IMG/VR virus record: IMGVR_UViG_3300002597_000001
Span: 1 to 64,000 of that record
Length of the DNA stretch: 64,000 nt
Direction: 5' to 3' (one strand)
From: a virus
Lineage: Duplodnaviria > Caudoviricetes
How positions within the stretch are numbered: the stretch's first letter is position 1; each line of letters begins with the position of its first letter. This document shows positions 10,529-20,876 of this stretch, piece by piece. The notes beneath the pieces are model-generated. The model ran no database searches, had not been told where the DNA came from, and saw nothing but the letters and a program-made list of their open reading frames with translations. A program made the translations under genes and the position numbers.

Positions 10529-11398
10529 TTAAACCGATGATGACAAAGCCTCTCGATGCCGCCGCTGGTTTTCTTTATTTGCCAACGCTCTCGCCCGTTT
10601 TTGACACTCAGGGCATCTGATCATTGATGAGTTTCTAGATACCACAAACATGTCTCTTCCACAGTCGATACACTTATAATGTCTCATTCCAACTTGCTTC
10701 TTTGCACAGTCAGCACAATACTTTTTATTCCCGCACTTGTTCTGTCTTGTGAGAACACCACACCTCTCACATTTAAAGTATGGTTCACCAATGTACTGTT
10801 GGTATCTGTGTCCAACAGCCCTGAGATCATCCACATATAGCTCTGGATCTGTATCGTCTAGGATTAAGACCCTAGCATTGGTGTTACCGACCTTTTTAGA
10901 AAACTCTATAATACCAGCATCAATCAATGCCCGGTAAGAGTCTGCCTGTTCAATCACTGGCATACTGATGCAGGCCATTTTAAATAAATCCTTCCATGCA
11001 AGATTGATCCAATGGTTGTTACTCTGGTTAATCATATCGAAATATCTTGCCACAACCACCATCGTAAACGCAAGCCGTCTAAGGCGTGGGAGTTTCAATT
11101 CTTCTATCTTGGAAAGCTCTCCTTTGTTTACCGGGATTCTTTCTATCTCAATTAATGGTCGTTTCTTCGCTCGAAGCGACACCTTATCAAGCAGATTCTC
11201 CCATGCAACCGGATTATAGTCTGTAATCAATTGTGAGAACAGGTCGTTCAGTTTGTCGAATATCTTTTTGTGCTTCAGTCCCTCAACATGGTAAAAATAT
11301 CTTGCCAACACCGCCGCTGCCAGCCCTACGTTATCTCCAAGCTGCCCGGTTTCCAGAATTGACTCCGCCCAACTGCGCTCATTAATAACAATCATCAC
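10529..11398 (-). CDS. Hypothetical protein with C-terminal Zn fingers, coupled to the RNA polymerase gene
   Basis: 289 aa, four CxxC pairs. Confidence 0.7.
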   Translation of the reverse strand: MMIVINERSWAESILETGQLGDNVGLAAAVLARYFYHVEGLKHKKIFDKLNDLFSQLITDYNPVAWENLLDKVSLRAKKRPLIEIERIPVNKGELSKIEELKLPRLRRLAFTMVVVARYFDMINQSNNHWINLAWKDLFKMACISMPVIEQADSYRALIDAGIIEFSKKVGNTNARVLILDDTDPELYVDDLRAVGHRYQQYIGEPYFKCERCGVLTRQNKCGNKKYCADCAKKQVGMRHYKCIDCGRDMFVVSRNSSMIRCPECQKRARALANKENQRRHREALSSSV

Positions 11399-14114
11399 AT
11401 TCCTCCTCTTTTAGATCCATAACGACCTTGTTAAATCTCTCACCTTTGTATTCTATGGTGCCATCTTTTGCCCGCTCATAGTACGCAACCTGTCCATTCG
11501 ACAGCCTTAACAGGTTTTGGATAATCATGTCACCACATAAATCCCAGGCAATTTGGTATCTGTGGCCTCGCCCGTATGTCAGATCCAACACAATAGAAGC
11601 CAGCTCTTTCGCGCTCGAACAATTGCAATAGCAGTCAGCCTTCGCCTCCTCTATTAACTGGGATTCATATTCCGCAATCTGCGCATCATTCATTTTATTT
11701 GCTTTTGCAAAACCCGGAAGTTTTTTGAGCGCCTCATCATACCGGTCTAATATCTGAAGGATTTCGACAAAGTCCTCCACCTTATACTTCTTATCAGACG
11801 AACGATAAATCGAGTATGAGAACCCACTTCCGGCCTGCTTCCATTCGTTTTTAATACACGCAATCTGCGCCTCGATTTTCCTAGCTATTCGATTGCACGT
11901 ACAGTTGCCGAGCGACACCGGAGAATTTTTATGATACCACTGCAAAAACTCGGTCTCTGCGTCAGATAAATTATCTTTTGCGAGAAGATCATCCACGAAG
12001 CACCCGAATTGTACCCGACAGCACTTATTCACATTGACCTTGTACGTATTGAATTTGCCAGCAATATCTTTGTACCGGAACGTCATAAACCACGGCTTCT
12101 TTGAAATGCAAAGCTTTCTGTCAAACTCGCCGCGTTGTGCAGCATCGTGCTCCCTATAAAAATAGGTCGGCATAGGGGTTGACATGACGCCTTTCGGCCT
12201 GTCGATGGAGTTTTGCTGAAAATGTTGGAAATACGACAAGCGCTTTGACGCTTCTCTGTACTCAGCAGAATCTTTCTCAAAATAAGATCGAACATCAAAA
12301 AGGGCTGTCGCTCTATTTGTAATTGTCCCAATATCATCACCGAAGGACAGGATATTGGATTGGATAACGTCATCCTCTGTTACAATCTTCTTCACAGCAG
12401 TCTTCTGTTCGCAACGTATGGCAAGCTGATCTGGTACATGGTTAATGAAGACGGGATTGTCCGTGGTTAACATGATATCCCCGTCATAATCGGCCCCATT
12501 CGCGCAGGCTGCCGTCAAATCCCACGCATTCAGCAACAGAACATTAGGCAAATAGCGATACCAATATTGTGCCTCCTCTGAATATGACACCCGCCGCTTA
12601 CAAAGATTATTTAGGATTGTCATTGGTGCCCGCATGAGCACCACTTCCTCCACGTTGCGATCTATCCAGTACTTAGAATATATCTCTCCAGAGCGCAGAA
12701 GTCCGACTGGTTCCAACCCAAAGACTGCCTCCAATAATATGTACGGGTCACATCCAATGATCTGAAAGTCACCCCGAGTTCTCAACCGACCGAGCTTGGC
12801 GCGAATAAAGCGTTTACGCAAAAGCTGTTGTATCTTCTGCCGCACATATGGGTCATTCTTTACAGACTCATTAATTAAGAGGGCTTTAATCCAATCGTTA
12901 TTCATAGCGCGGACAGATGATTCTGTCATGCCTTCTCCGCAAAGGTAGATAATCATCTTATCTACATCTTCGCCACACACACCGCTAAGGTCTTCCATCG
13001 TTGGCGCAATCAGTTCGTCAATATCCTCATCGCTCAAATCGAGAGGATTAATGAATTGATAATTTAATTCACGACTCTCCCGCTGCCGTGGTTCCGCTGT
13101 TTTGGTCACAGAGAACCCAGAATGGTTTTGTTTCGTGTGTTCCCAATATTCCTCCCATGAATTATAGCTACCGGCAAGCTTCAACATAGATTCTGTCAGA
13201 ATAATATCTACATCAAGGATATTACGCTCCTGCCCCCAGAAATCTTTAACGATATAGCTCCCTGCTACTTTCTGAGCAAACTCCACAAAGTCCATCGTAA
13301 ACAACATACCCTTTGTGAACGGCGCCCTGACGCATAGCGCACTTGCCGTTTGCGGAAGGTCAAGTTCCGCCGACCATATTTCCATCAGCTCTGGACTGAT
13401 AATACCGTAACCGTCAGATGCGTCGTTGGTACATTCTCCGCTGTACACTTCTTTATAAATTGGCTCACCAGACCCGTCCGGGTTATCACTTAGTGATATG
13501 TAGTCTGCCACAAAGTGTGTCATTACATCTGGTACCACAAGAACACCACGCGGGTCAGAAACGGGGAGGGAGGCACTACAGGCAAGACTACGGTACGCCT
13601 CAAGTTTGGCGGGGACGAATGCCTTGGACATATCTCTGCCATTCTCCATCCTGCGCTTCAGCTCATCCAGCATGACCACGCCGCCATCCCCGGTCGTGGA
13701 CGCGAACACTACCACATTCATTTTGACACCATTGCTGGTGGACACCAGACGCTTATACTCACGCCCATTCAGGACGAACCCCTTACAGGCACGAAGATAG
13801 TCTTTGTCCGATTCTACGATAATTAATAGATATTCCTTTATGAATAACAGATCATTCAGCCGATTATACAGCTTTTTGAGCTTTACAGCATTCTCCTGCG
13901 ATGCATCCTCTCGTTTTATTCTGCGTATTTTACGCCGTATTTCCCTGACATCATCATATAGAGTAACTGAATCCACACCGTTGATATCGTCAATCCATCG
14001 TATCATAGAGCTCTCGGCCAGAGAAACAACCCACCCGTTGCGGGTGGCCTCCGCCTGATCAAGCTCTAGGTTCCAATTATTCTTTCGCAACAATGATGTC
14101 GGTATCTTGAACAC
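11382..14114 (-). CDS. YonO-like single-subunit RNA polymerase (eukaryotic RdRP-like fold)
   Basis: Catalytic NGADYDGD, plus SDGYG, RAPFTKG and RAP motifs; 910 aa. The start may be ATT at 14138. Confidence 0.85.
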   Translation of the reverse strand: MFKIPTSLLRKNNWNLELDQAEATRNGWVVSLAESSMIRWIDDINGVDSVTLYDDVREIRRKIRRIKREDASQENAVKLKKLYNRLNDLLFIKEYLLIIVESDKDYLRACKGFVLNGREYKRLVSTSNGVKMNVVVFASTTGDGGVVMLDELKRRMENGRDMSKAFVPAKLEAYRSLACSASLPVSDPRGVLVVPDVMTHFVADYISLSDNPDGSGEPIYKEVYSGECTNDASDGYGIISPELMEIWSAELDLPQTASALCVRAPFTKGMLFTMDFVEFAQKVAGSYIVKDFWGQERNILDVDIILTESMLKLAGSYNSWEEYWEHTKQNHSGFSVTKTAEPRQRESRELNYQFINPLDLSDEDIDELIAPTMEDLSGVCGEDVDKMIIYLCGEGMTESSVRAMNNDWIKALLINESVKNDPYVRQKIQQLLRKRFIRAKLGRLRTRGDFQIIGCDPYILLEAVFGLEPVGLLRSGEIYSKYWIDRNVEEVVLMRAPMTILNNLCKRRVSYSEEAQYWYRYLPNVLLLNAWDLTAACANGADYDGDIMLTTDNPVFINHVPDQLAIRCEQKTAVKKIVTEDDVIQSNILSFGDDIGTITNRATALFDVRSYFEKDSAEYREASKRLSYFQHFQQNSIDRPKGVMSTPMPTYFYREHDAAQRGEFDRKLCISKKPWFMTFRYKDIAGKFNTYKVNVNKCCRVQFGCFVDDLLAKDNLSDAETEFLQWYHKNSPVSLGNCTCNRIARKIEAQIACIKNEWKQAGSGFSYSIYRSSDKKYKVEDFVEILQILDRYDEALKKLPGFAKANKMNDAQIAEYESQLIEEAKADCYCNCSSAKELASIVLDLTYGRGHRYQIAWDLCGDMIIQNLLRLSNGQVAYYERAKDGTIEYKGERFNKVVMDLKEEECDDCY

Positions 14115-14253
14115 ATTCCTCAGCTTAGAATTTCTAATTAGGCATCACTCCGATTATTAATTTGAAATTACTCATCAATTCCCATCCATACATTTCTGCA
14201 AATAACTTGTATAACCAGATACTATTCTCCAAGAATCATTACAAAATGCACAG

Positions 14254-14520
14254 TTATTTACTAGAGCGCATTTCGCGCATTCTCTCCCGAAGCGCCTCTC
14301 GCTGTTCCTCTGTCATACTCCGCTTCGCTTTCGGCTTGATCCGCATCCACTCATACGGGACGTGAGCCACCAAGGAACCATCAGAATTCACATGAGCGAT
14401 CTTCACCTCATCCGGGTGCCGCTCCTTTAGTTTCTTGATCATGTTGATACTCCAGCGTTCAGCCGCCGTTACCGTAAAGGTTTTATCTCCCGCCACATGC
14501 TCATATACTGTTTCGATCAT
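14254..14520 (-). CDS. Hypothetical protein
   Basis: 88 aa; overlaps the upstream gene; MTEEQRE...RMR tail. Confidence 0.7.
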   Translation of the reverse strand: MIETVYEHVAGDKTFTVTAAERWSINMIKKLKERHPDEVKIAHVNSDGSLVAHVPYEWMRIKPKAKRSMTEEQREALRERMREMRSSK

Positions 14521-14810
14521 TTAAGCTCTCCGTTCTTGTATTTGTTTTTCAGGAGGCGGAACAGCGCCAAACTCCCAACACTCTCGTACTCTTCGAGTTT
14601 CATGGCATACCTGAGACACTCGTCTTTGAGCATGCCAATTTCTGATTCAAGGACCCTAGTTGTATTATCCTGCTGATCTAGCAGATAGGACACGGCTTCA
14701 GGTGTTAGACCGGTTTCCACATATTTAGCGTACTCCCGGATAATCTGTTGAAACGCGACCCCGCTCTTACGAACTGGTACCCCATGAACATATGTAATTA
14801 AATCAGTCAT
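14517..14810 (-). CDS. Hypothetical protein
   Basis: 97 aa, RBS GGAGGAAAG. Confidence 0.65.
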   Translation of the reverse strand: MTDLITYVHGVPVRKSGVAFQQIIREYAKYVETGLTPEAVSYLLDQQDNTTRVLESEIGMLKDECLRYAMKLEEYESVGSLALFRLLKNKYKNGELK

Positions 14811-14979
14811 TTCTTTCCTCCTGGCTCTGTTTTATTTCCCGTCTATATCCTACCGTAAGTAGAAAATCCAAGATTCCGATTATCTGTGCCGCAGCCTCGT
14901 ATTTTTCGTCGCCGCTCGACTCATAATATCCAGAGACAAACTCACTCAAAGTTGCGCATTCTTCTTTAGACAAAAACAT
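14803..14979 (-). CDS. Hypothetical protein
   Basis: RBS AAGGAGG, tightly packed with neighbours. Confidence 0.55.
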   Translation of the reverse strand: MFLSKEECATLSEFVSGYYESSGDEKYEAAAQIIGILDFLLTVGYRREIKQSQEERND

Positions 14980-14980
14980 A

Positions 14981-15166
14981 TTAGCCCTCCTTAAACTCAA
15001 TTACATCATCGCACCAGAGCTCCTCAAGCAGCAGTCTGGCCTGGAACTCGGGATCGTAGCGGTCAAAGTCCCAGCCGCCGTCTGAGTATTCCTCTATGTA
15101 TTCCAAATATGTCTCATAGTAAGAGTCCCGGTCTCGGGGCTCGTTTTTATTTTGCTTGTAAATCAT
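14981..15166 (-). CDS. Small acidic hypothetical protein
   Basis: RBS GAAAGGA. Confidence 0.55.
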   Translation of the reverse strand: MIYKQNKNEPRDRDSYYETYLEYIEEYSDGGWDFDRYDPEFQARLLLEELWCDDVIEFKEG

Positions 15167-15193
15167 GTCGCAATGTTGTTCCTTTCTTCATTA

Positions 15194-16798
15194 TCATTCC
15201 TCCTTATAGTCTTTTGGAGCATATATCACGGTACCGACCCGGCGCTTGCCGTCCATTCGGTACGGGACCTTCTTCTTTACGCGGCACCCGGCAGATTCAA
15301 AAGCTTTTGCCACCGACTTAATCGAATATGAATGTCTGCTTTTGCCATATATGATGTTTGCCTTGTATGCTGCATCCACAAGAGCTTTGCTATTCTCGCC
15401 ATATAAGCACACCTCGTGTTCGTCCGTACTGAGATACTTCATCACTTGAGGAATCAAACTCCAAACCAACACCCTATCAACCATCTTTTGTAACCGCGCA
15501 TTGGATTCATCTTTTTCAAACAGTTCTGGTCGCACCTCTACATCATCTGGCCCACAGGAGAACAGTGACTCCATGTTGACAAACCAACTATCATCCTTAC
15601 CGGCAACGAAGTCATCAAACTCCCACAATGACCTCATGTAGTATTCACGCATGAGCTGATCACCGTATACAACAGACGGCCTGACAACAACCAAATTGTC
15701 CACGTTGTATCTGGCCCTACCCAGAAACTGCGGGATGTTTAGATCATCCGTACCAAGTACGAAGACGTTCCTCACGCCGGAACCTTCTCTAAGTGTAAAA
15801 CCCTCCCGGAGGGTAGAAGTAGTCACCAGCGTGTTGACGTTCCTCACGGACTGCTTCTTCAGCAGAGTGTTCATGGTTGACACCGAGTCTGGTATCCGCC
15901 CGCTGTCAATAATGACGCCCCGAATGTAGTCCATATACTTCTGATATACGACATCGAATGGGGAGTCTCGGTCTTGTCTCGTCTTCAGATTTCGTTCACA
16001 TTGAATCTGTGCGTCCTTATTGTTCACGCCGATCACGATAGCCGAGTCTGGTACAAGCTGATAGACAATTCCGCACTCATCCTTCTTTGTGGTCATGAAG
16101 ATGTTCTTACCGGGGAGTTCATGGGTACGCAACATCTCAAGCGCACCCGGAAAGTCCGTACAGATCACATGCGCCGCTTTGTAGGGGACAAGCACTTCCT
16201 CGTTCACCACGTTAACAGGCATATTCACGGTTGCCTCATTGACGTATAGGAACGGCGCCGGTGTTGCTGTGATTCCTATAAAATATGTATCCTCACCGCT
16301 GACCACCCGTTCTTGCACCCAAGTACACAAATACTCCATTCCGTGAATATACCGGTCAACCATTAAGGCTTGGCACTCGTCAAATACGAACACCTTGATA
16401 TGACTCAGGACCTTCTTTCCATATTTCTTCTTCCGCCCGAACACTAGATGGATAAACCGGTCGTAGGTCATGATGGGGATCTTGGAAGCGTGGAGTTCCT
16501 CTAACCCAGCATCATCTCCATCGTTGAAGTATGACAGCAGATCTTCATCTCGGATATCCAACTCTTCTACGTTGTCATTGTCATTGGCGAACTGAGCTCT
16601 GGTAACAGCACGAGATGTCACCACCATGACCTCGCGCTCTTCTAATTGCACACCGAATGCCTCTCGATATTTTTCAATCAACCCCCTTGCGACAAACGTA
16701 CTTTTTCCGCAGCCACAGTTGCCGGTGATCAGGTTGAACCGGTCAGGACGCAACCTGTGAAGATCAACAACATCTGATAGATATTTTCTTTCGCCTAT
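15194..16798 (-). CDS. SF2 (DExD/H-like) helicase, possibly an origin-binding/replication initiator
   Basis: GNCGCGKST, FDECQ, ITAT, TSTLREG and QFLGRAR motifs. Likely ATA start at 16798 after GAAAGGAG. Confidence 0.75.
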   Translation of the reverse strand: MGERKYLSDVVDLHRLRPDRFNLITGNCGCGKSTFVARGLIEKYREAFGVQLEEREVMVVTSRAVTRAQFANDNDNVEELDIRDEDLLSYFNDGDDAGLEELHASKIPIMTYDRFIHLVFGRKKKYGKKVLSHIKVFVFDECQALMVDRYIHGMEYLCTWVQERVVSGEDTYFIGITATPAPFLYVNEATVNMPVNVVNEEVLVPYKAAHVICTDFPGALEMLRTHELPGKNIFMTTKKDECGIVYQLVPDSAIVIGVNNKDAQIQCERNLKTRQDRDSPFDVVYQKYMDYIRGVIIDSGRIPDSVSTMNTLLKKQSVRNVNTLVTTSTLREGFTLREGSGVRNVFVLGTDDLNIPQFLGRARYNVDNLVVVRPSVVYGDQLMREYYMRSLWEFDDFVAGKDDSWFVNMESLFSCGPDDVEVRPELFEKDESNARLQKMVDRVLVWSLIPQVMKYLSTDEHEVCLYGENSKALVDAAYKANIIYGKSRHSYSIKSVAKAFESAGCRVKKKVPYRMDGKRRVGTVIYAPKDYKEE

Positions 16799-16869
16799 AC
16801 ATATCGCTCCTTTCTGTCAGTAAAATTCTGGCGCGCTGAAACTACTCTCCAGCATCTAAAGTGTCAATT

Positions 16870-17330
16870 TTTGGAATATATATAATAGCTTATGTTCCAA
16901 AATCGAACAGCTTGGCATATAATTTTTGTCTCATCTGCCTCCTTCCCGCAAGCACCCTCTGGCCTCAATTCTCTAATCTCGTCGCTCACTGAGCCCTCTC
17001 CTCGGGGGACATAGCTGCGCTCTGTTTTACCCCCTGCGGTGAACGCTCGCTCCTCGACTTCGCTCCCTGTGGTCGCTTGCCAACCCTCGCGGGTTGATAA
17101 GAGAACCGGTGCCATCCCCATCACGCAGCCCTGACGGACTGACGTGTGGGGCCCCAGTCACCTTTGCGGCGGGTGACTAGGCTACGCCAACGAGGATGCT
17201 TGCTCTATATATAGGCCGCATGAGATTTAATTCCCGAGAAAAAGCTTCGTCAAGGCTTCGCACGGAAGGAGGTGTCCTTCCGAAGCCCCGGCACTAACCA
17301 TGATCCGTCACTGAGCTGCTTCCTTGTACG
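16870..17330 (-). ncRNA. Candidate structured RNA / 5' leader (or ssDNA origin structure)
   Basis: GC-rich with no credible ORF, downstream of a consensus promoter. Long-range stem GCAGCUCAGUGACGGA/UCCGUCAGGGCUGC and several hairpins. Confidence 0.5.
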
Positions 17331-17335
17331 CCCAC

Positions 17336-17364
17336 ATTATAGCACACACTCTGCGTTCTGTCAA
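17336..17364 (-). promoter_or_regulatory. Consensus sigmaA promoter
   Basis: TTGACA-17 bp-TATAAT on the minus strand. Confidence 0.85.
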
Positions 17365-18401
17365 TAGGCCGAATGAGACTAATACAAAACCGCGAAGATC
17401 TTGCTCAGATGACCAAGAAATTCACCACCCTTCAAGTTTTCCCTGTCTTGCAGTTGTTTTGGAGGGTGCCGTCTTTATTTGTGTGTTCGTTCATAAATAA
17501 TTTACAAATAAATCCAGTCTCTTGCAGCGGTTTTCTTGGGTTGAGATGGGTGGATTTTTAGGGGAGGAGGAGGACGGATTTTGAGGATTGCTGAGGATGA
17601 GAGGAGGAGAACAACTAACCGTCTTTCCTGGCTTTCGATTTCTTCCAGTGGGTGGAAATATGCCCCCGTGAAAACCGTTGTCCTGTACAGCTTTTGATAA
17701 TATCTGTACCATTTATTTGCTATCTAACATTCAGATATTCTAAGTATTGCTTTTTTACCAGTACAGGCTAGGATATAACCACAAGTTATAGATTCCTATG
17801 CTATAACCACAAAGAATATCGGATAGAAGAATGTTAAATATATTTGACATCTACCAAAAGTAGACAATTCCCTCAAATACTCCACTTAAAGTAGAGCGCC
17901 GTTTATACTCACATATTCCCATGTTCTACCATTCCCGCCATATGTCCAATAATCCACTATTCTGTTATTTCAATTCCCTATAATCAACTATGAATCAAGG
18001 CCGGGCAACAATCTATAATTCCTATAAATATAATATGACATATCAAGCTGCAAACTATCCAGGTATTCCCATATAAGACCGGGCGGGTGTGTGCTGCCTG
18101 TATTGGTACTATGTCCGGGCCGTCTATGCCCGTATGCTGTCTATCTGTTTATATGATGTATACCGTCAGCAGGGCGGGCAAGGGCTGACAGCGTGGGCGG
18201 GCTGTCTATGCTCATAGTACAGGCAAGGCAAGCGCAACTATACTTTATTATAAATAATTAAGGCAATATTTTACTTACTGAAAAAATTTTTTTGTAGCAA
18301 ATACTACCTTAATTTGTGGTAAAAGCTACTGTTTTATTGATTAAAAGTTTTGAATACGGCGGATTTCGGAAAATTGGTTTTCCTGGTTTGAAAATTTGTT
18401 G

Positions 18402-18430
18402 TTGACATATGATTGCATATGTGATACAAT
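18402..18430 (+). promoter_or_regulatory. sigmaA promoter with CATATG-N4-CATATG operator
   Basis: TTGACA-17-TACAAT with extended TG. Confidence 0.75.
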
Positions 18431-18499
18431 GCAGACAGTTCCAAGGGGAACACAAACCCGGTGGAACAAAAAAAAATAAAAGAACTTGAAAAAAAGTTC

Positions 18500-18528
18500 T
18501 TGACATATGCAAGCATATGTGATATAAT
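18500..18528 (+). promoter_or_regulatory. sigmaA promoter with CATATG-N4-CATATG operator
   Basis: TTGACA-17-TATAAT with extended TG. Confidence 0.85.
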
Positions 18529-19349
18529 CAAGGCGTAAACAAGAGATACCGAAAGCGCCGGTAAAGTTCCGGAAAAGCAATCAATCTTGAATTTACATTA
18601 AAGATTATGCATATGCAAGCATATGTAAAAAAGGGGGTGTAACTCTGGAACCGTTCCGAATGGGGGAATACTGGTACATAAGGGATAACAAGCGGCTGAT
18701 TCAGTTTGAGAGCTATTCGGCAGCATGGGATTATCTCAAGTAGTATTTCCCGCCGGGGGCGATAACATCAAACCCGGCCACGGTTCACAAAATTACACCA
18801 AAAGCATCATACCACAAAACCGACAGAAAAGCAACCACGCAGCCGGGATAAAGCAATATCTCACACAATGCACCTTGAAAAATTCACAAAGAGCCTGTTA
18901 CGGTATGGGACTTGTACAAGTCCAGCCTATACATAAAGTAACTTGTATAAGTTACACCGGGAACATACCAAAACGGGGACAGCGTGACATAAAGCCTGTA
19001 ACATCTAAGGGCGGCAACCTTGGTCACAGGTACGGACAGATCCCGCAATAGCTTAGCGACCTGTTACGGGATTGGTATAAGCAAGCCAGGATGCATATAT
19101 CCTCGGGGTGAGTAAGGCCGAAACACGAGCCGGACAACATAGAACCTTGCCGGAAAAATATGCCGATGTTTGCGAAACACCGCAGGACAGCTACGGTTGA
19201 ACACACGGCGGCGAACATCGTAACCAATCTGTAAAGGTTGGAATGTGTACACTTTGGCCCGCAAGGTGTATGCGTTCGAGCCTTTACGCTCCAATAATTC
19301 ACAGGCAAAAACGCCTCAAAGCATACGGCAAAACGCCGGGAAAGATGTT

Positions 19350-20072
19350 ATGAAAGCTACTGAAATTATCGCCACAATCAACGACAACATGACCATGACC
19401 GAAGTTACCGCAATCGTAGAACAGGCCAAAGCCGCCGCAAAGGAAGAGACAGCCGCCGCCAAAAAAGCCCGCATTGAAGAGCTGCTTGCGCTGGTTCCTG
19501 CCGATCAGCGGGACAAGTGCGCCCTTTTCACCGAGTACCTGAACAATCCATTCTATACCGGGACCGCCGTCAGCGGCCCGAACAAAGAAAACAAGTACAC
19601 CGTGAACAACACAAAGCGCCAACTGTCCTATGCGGAGCTTGACAGCGCATACCGCAAGAGCGACCGCAAGGGGACTCTGTACACGTCCAAGGACTACGCC
19701 GCAGCTATGACCGACTTTGTAAAGGCTATGTATGCCTATACCGCCGCCCGGTATAACAAGGACAAGGCACAGGGCGCCGTAACAACCAGCCTTGGAACGC
19801 TCCAGGAGCGCTTGCAGGTTGTCTTTAACGCCATGTTCCCGGCTGAAATGAAGATCATGGCCCGCCGTGCGGATGTTCGGGCAATCGCCGCCGCCTGCTA
19901 CAATGAAAAGTTTATGGACTTCACGCAGCGCAATGATACCGCCGTAAAGAACAAGGTCACGCTGGCCGCTGGCAAGTCCTACCGCAAGGAAAGCTACGAC
20001 GTGGACGGCTCCAAGTCCAAGGCTCTGGCCGAGAAAAACGACCAGAAAAAGGAGGTCAAGGCCGCAGCATGA
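19350..20072 (+). CDS. Hypothetical protein, first large gene of the rightward arm
   Basis: 240 aa, strongly biased codon usage (GCC/AAG/ACC). Confidence 0.75.
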   Translation: MKATEIIATINDNMTMTEVTAIVEQAKAAAKEETAAAKKARIEELLALVPADQRDKCALFTEYLNNPFYTGTAVSGPNKENKYTVNNTKRQLSYAELDSAYRKSDRKGTLYTSKDYAAAMTDFVKAMYAYTAARYNKDKAQGAVTTSLGTLQERLQVVFNAMFPAEMKIMARRADVRAIAAACYNEKFMDFTQRNDTAVKNKVTLAAGKSYRKESYDVDGSKSKALAEKNDQKKEVKAAA

Positions 20073-20331
20073 CATGAAAAAAGTCTCTTGAAGGGCCGGA
20101 CTATAACTGACCCTATCCCAAATGTACATGACCGAACAGCGGGATAGGTGTACCCAAATGGGAATGCAGAATCCTGGCCGGGTGTGCAGGAAAGCGAAAT
20201 CTGAATTCTATTACATACGCAATCTAAAACAGGAGGTGAAACAGAAATCAACATCAGAATCAGGAGGTGATTTGACGAGAAAACCGAAACGTGATACAAT
20301 GCCCATAGTGAAATCACAGGAGGAGTTTGCT

Positions 20332-20520
20332 ATGGGCGATTTTGACCAGATCAAATATATCAACGAATTTAATAGACAGAATTACGATGCTATTACGTTC
20401 CGTGTGCCAAAGGGAACAAAAGCAAAATGGAAAGAGGCGATAGATAAAACTGGCAAATCCCTAAACGCTTTCATTGTAGAAGCCGTAGAGGATAAAATCG
20501 AATCCCTAACCCAAAAGTAA
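20332..20520 (+). CDS. Small ribbon-helix-helix (Arc-like) DNA-binding protein
   Basis: NYDAITFRVPKG...G.SLNAFI.EAV; RBS AGGAGG. Confidence 0.75.
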   Translation: MGDFDQIKYINEFNRQNYDAITFRVPKGTKAKWKEAIDKTGKSLNAFIVEAVEDKIESLTQK

Positions 20521-20547
20521 ACCAAACCCCAATTTGGCCGTAGCCGA

Positions 20548-20580
20548 GCCGCTCATTCTGAAATGGAATGGGCGGTTTTA
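20548..20580 (+). terminator. Intrinsic terminator
   Basis: GCCGCTCATTC/GAATGGGCGGT stem followed by a T run. Confidence 0.6.
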
Positions 20581-20715
20581 CTATGCCCAAAAGGCAAATT
20601 GAAAACTGGAGGTATCCGAACATGGAAACTGTAATCACCATCGCCCTGGCTCTGGTATGGGCTGGAACCGCCTGTAAACTCACCGACAAAATCTATCACT
20701 GAGGAGGAATCTAAA

Positions 20716-20874
20716 ATGGGAGACGAAATCAGAAGAGTGAAGAAAGTCATGCGGGAATTCTGCGTCCCGAAATTTCTGGTGGACAGCGTGAACTGGAAAG
20801 CACTGAAAACAGAAATCGAAATCGAAAACCATATGCACGACCTGATTCAGACCTGGCTTGAAATCTGTGCATAA
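20716..20874 (+). CDS. Small hypothetical protein (52 aa)
   Basis: RBS GAGGAGG. Confidence 0.55.
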   Translation: MGDEIRRVKKVMREFCVPKFLVDSVNWKALKTEIEIENHMHDLIQTWLEICA

Positions 20875-20876
20875 AA

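Noticed and set aside
11382-14114. True RNA-dependent RNA polymerase or reverse transcriptase (DGR/retron)
   Set aside because: The DxDGD motif and gene context match YonO-type DNA-dependent polymerases. No YADD-type RT or template/variable repeat pair was seen.
19095-19130. Hammerhead ribozyme (TGAG...CGAAAC)
   Set aside because: The CUGAUGA core and matching stems are absent.
19299-20129. 276-aa minus-strand ORF and similar long antisense ORFs in the track
   Set aside because: They are shadows of codon-biased genes on the opposite strand, with no RBS or motifs.
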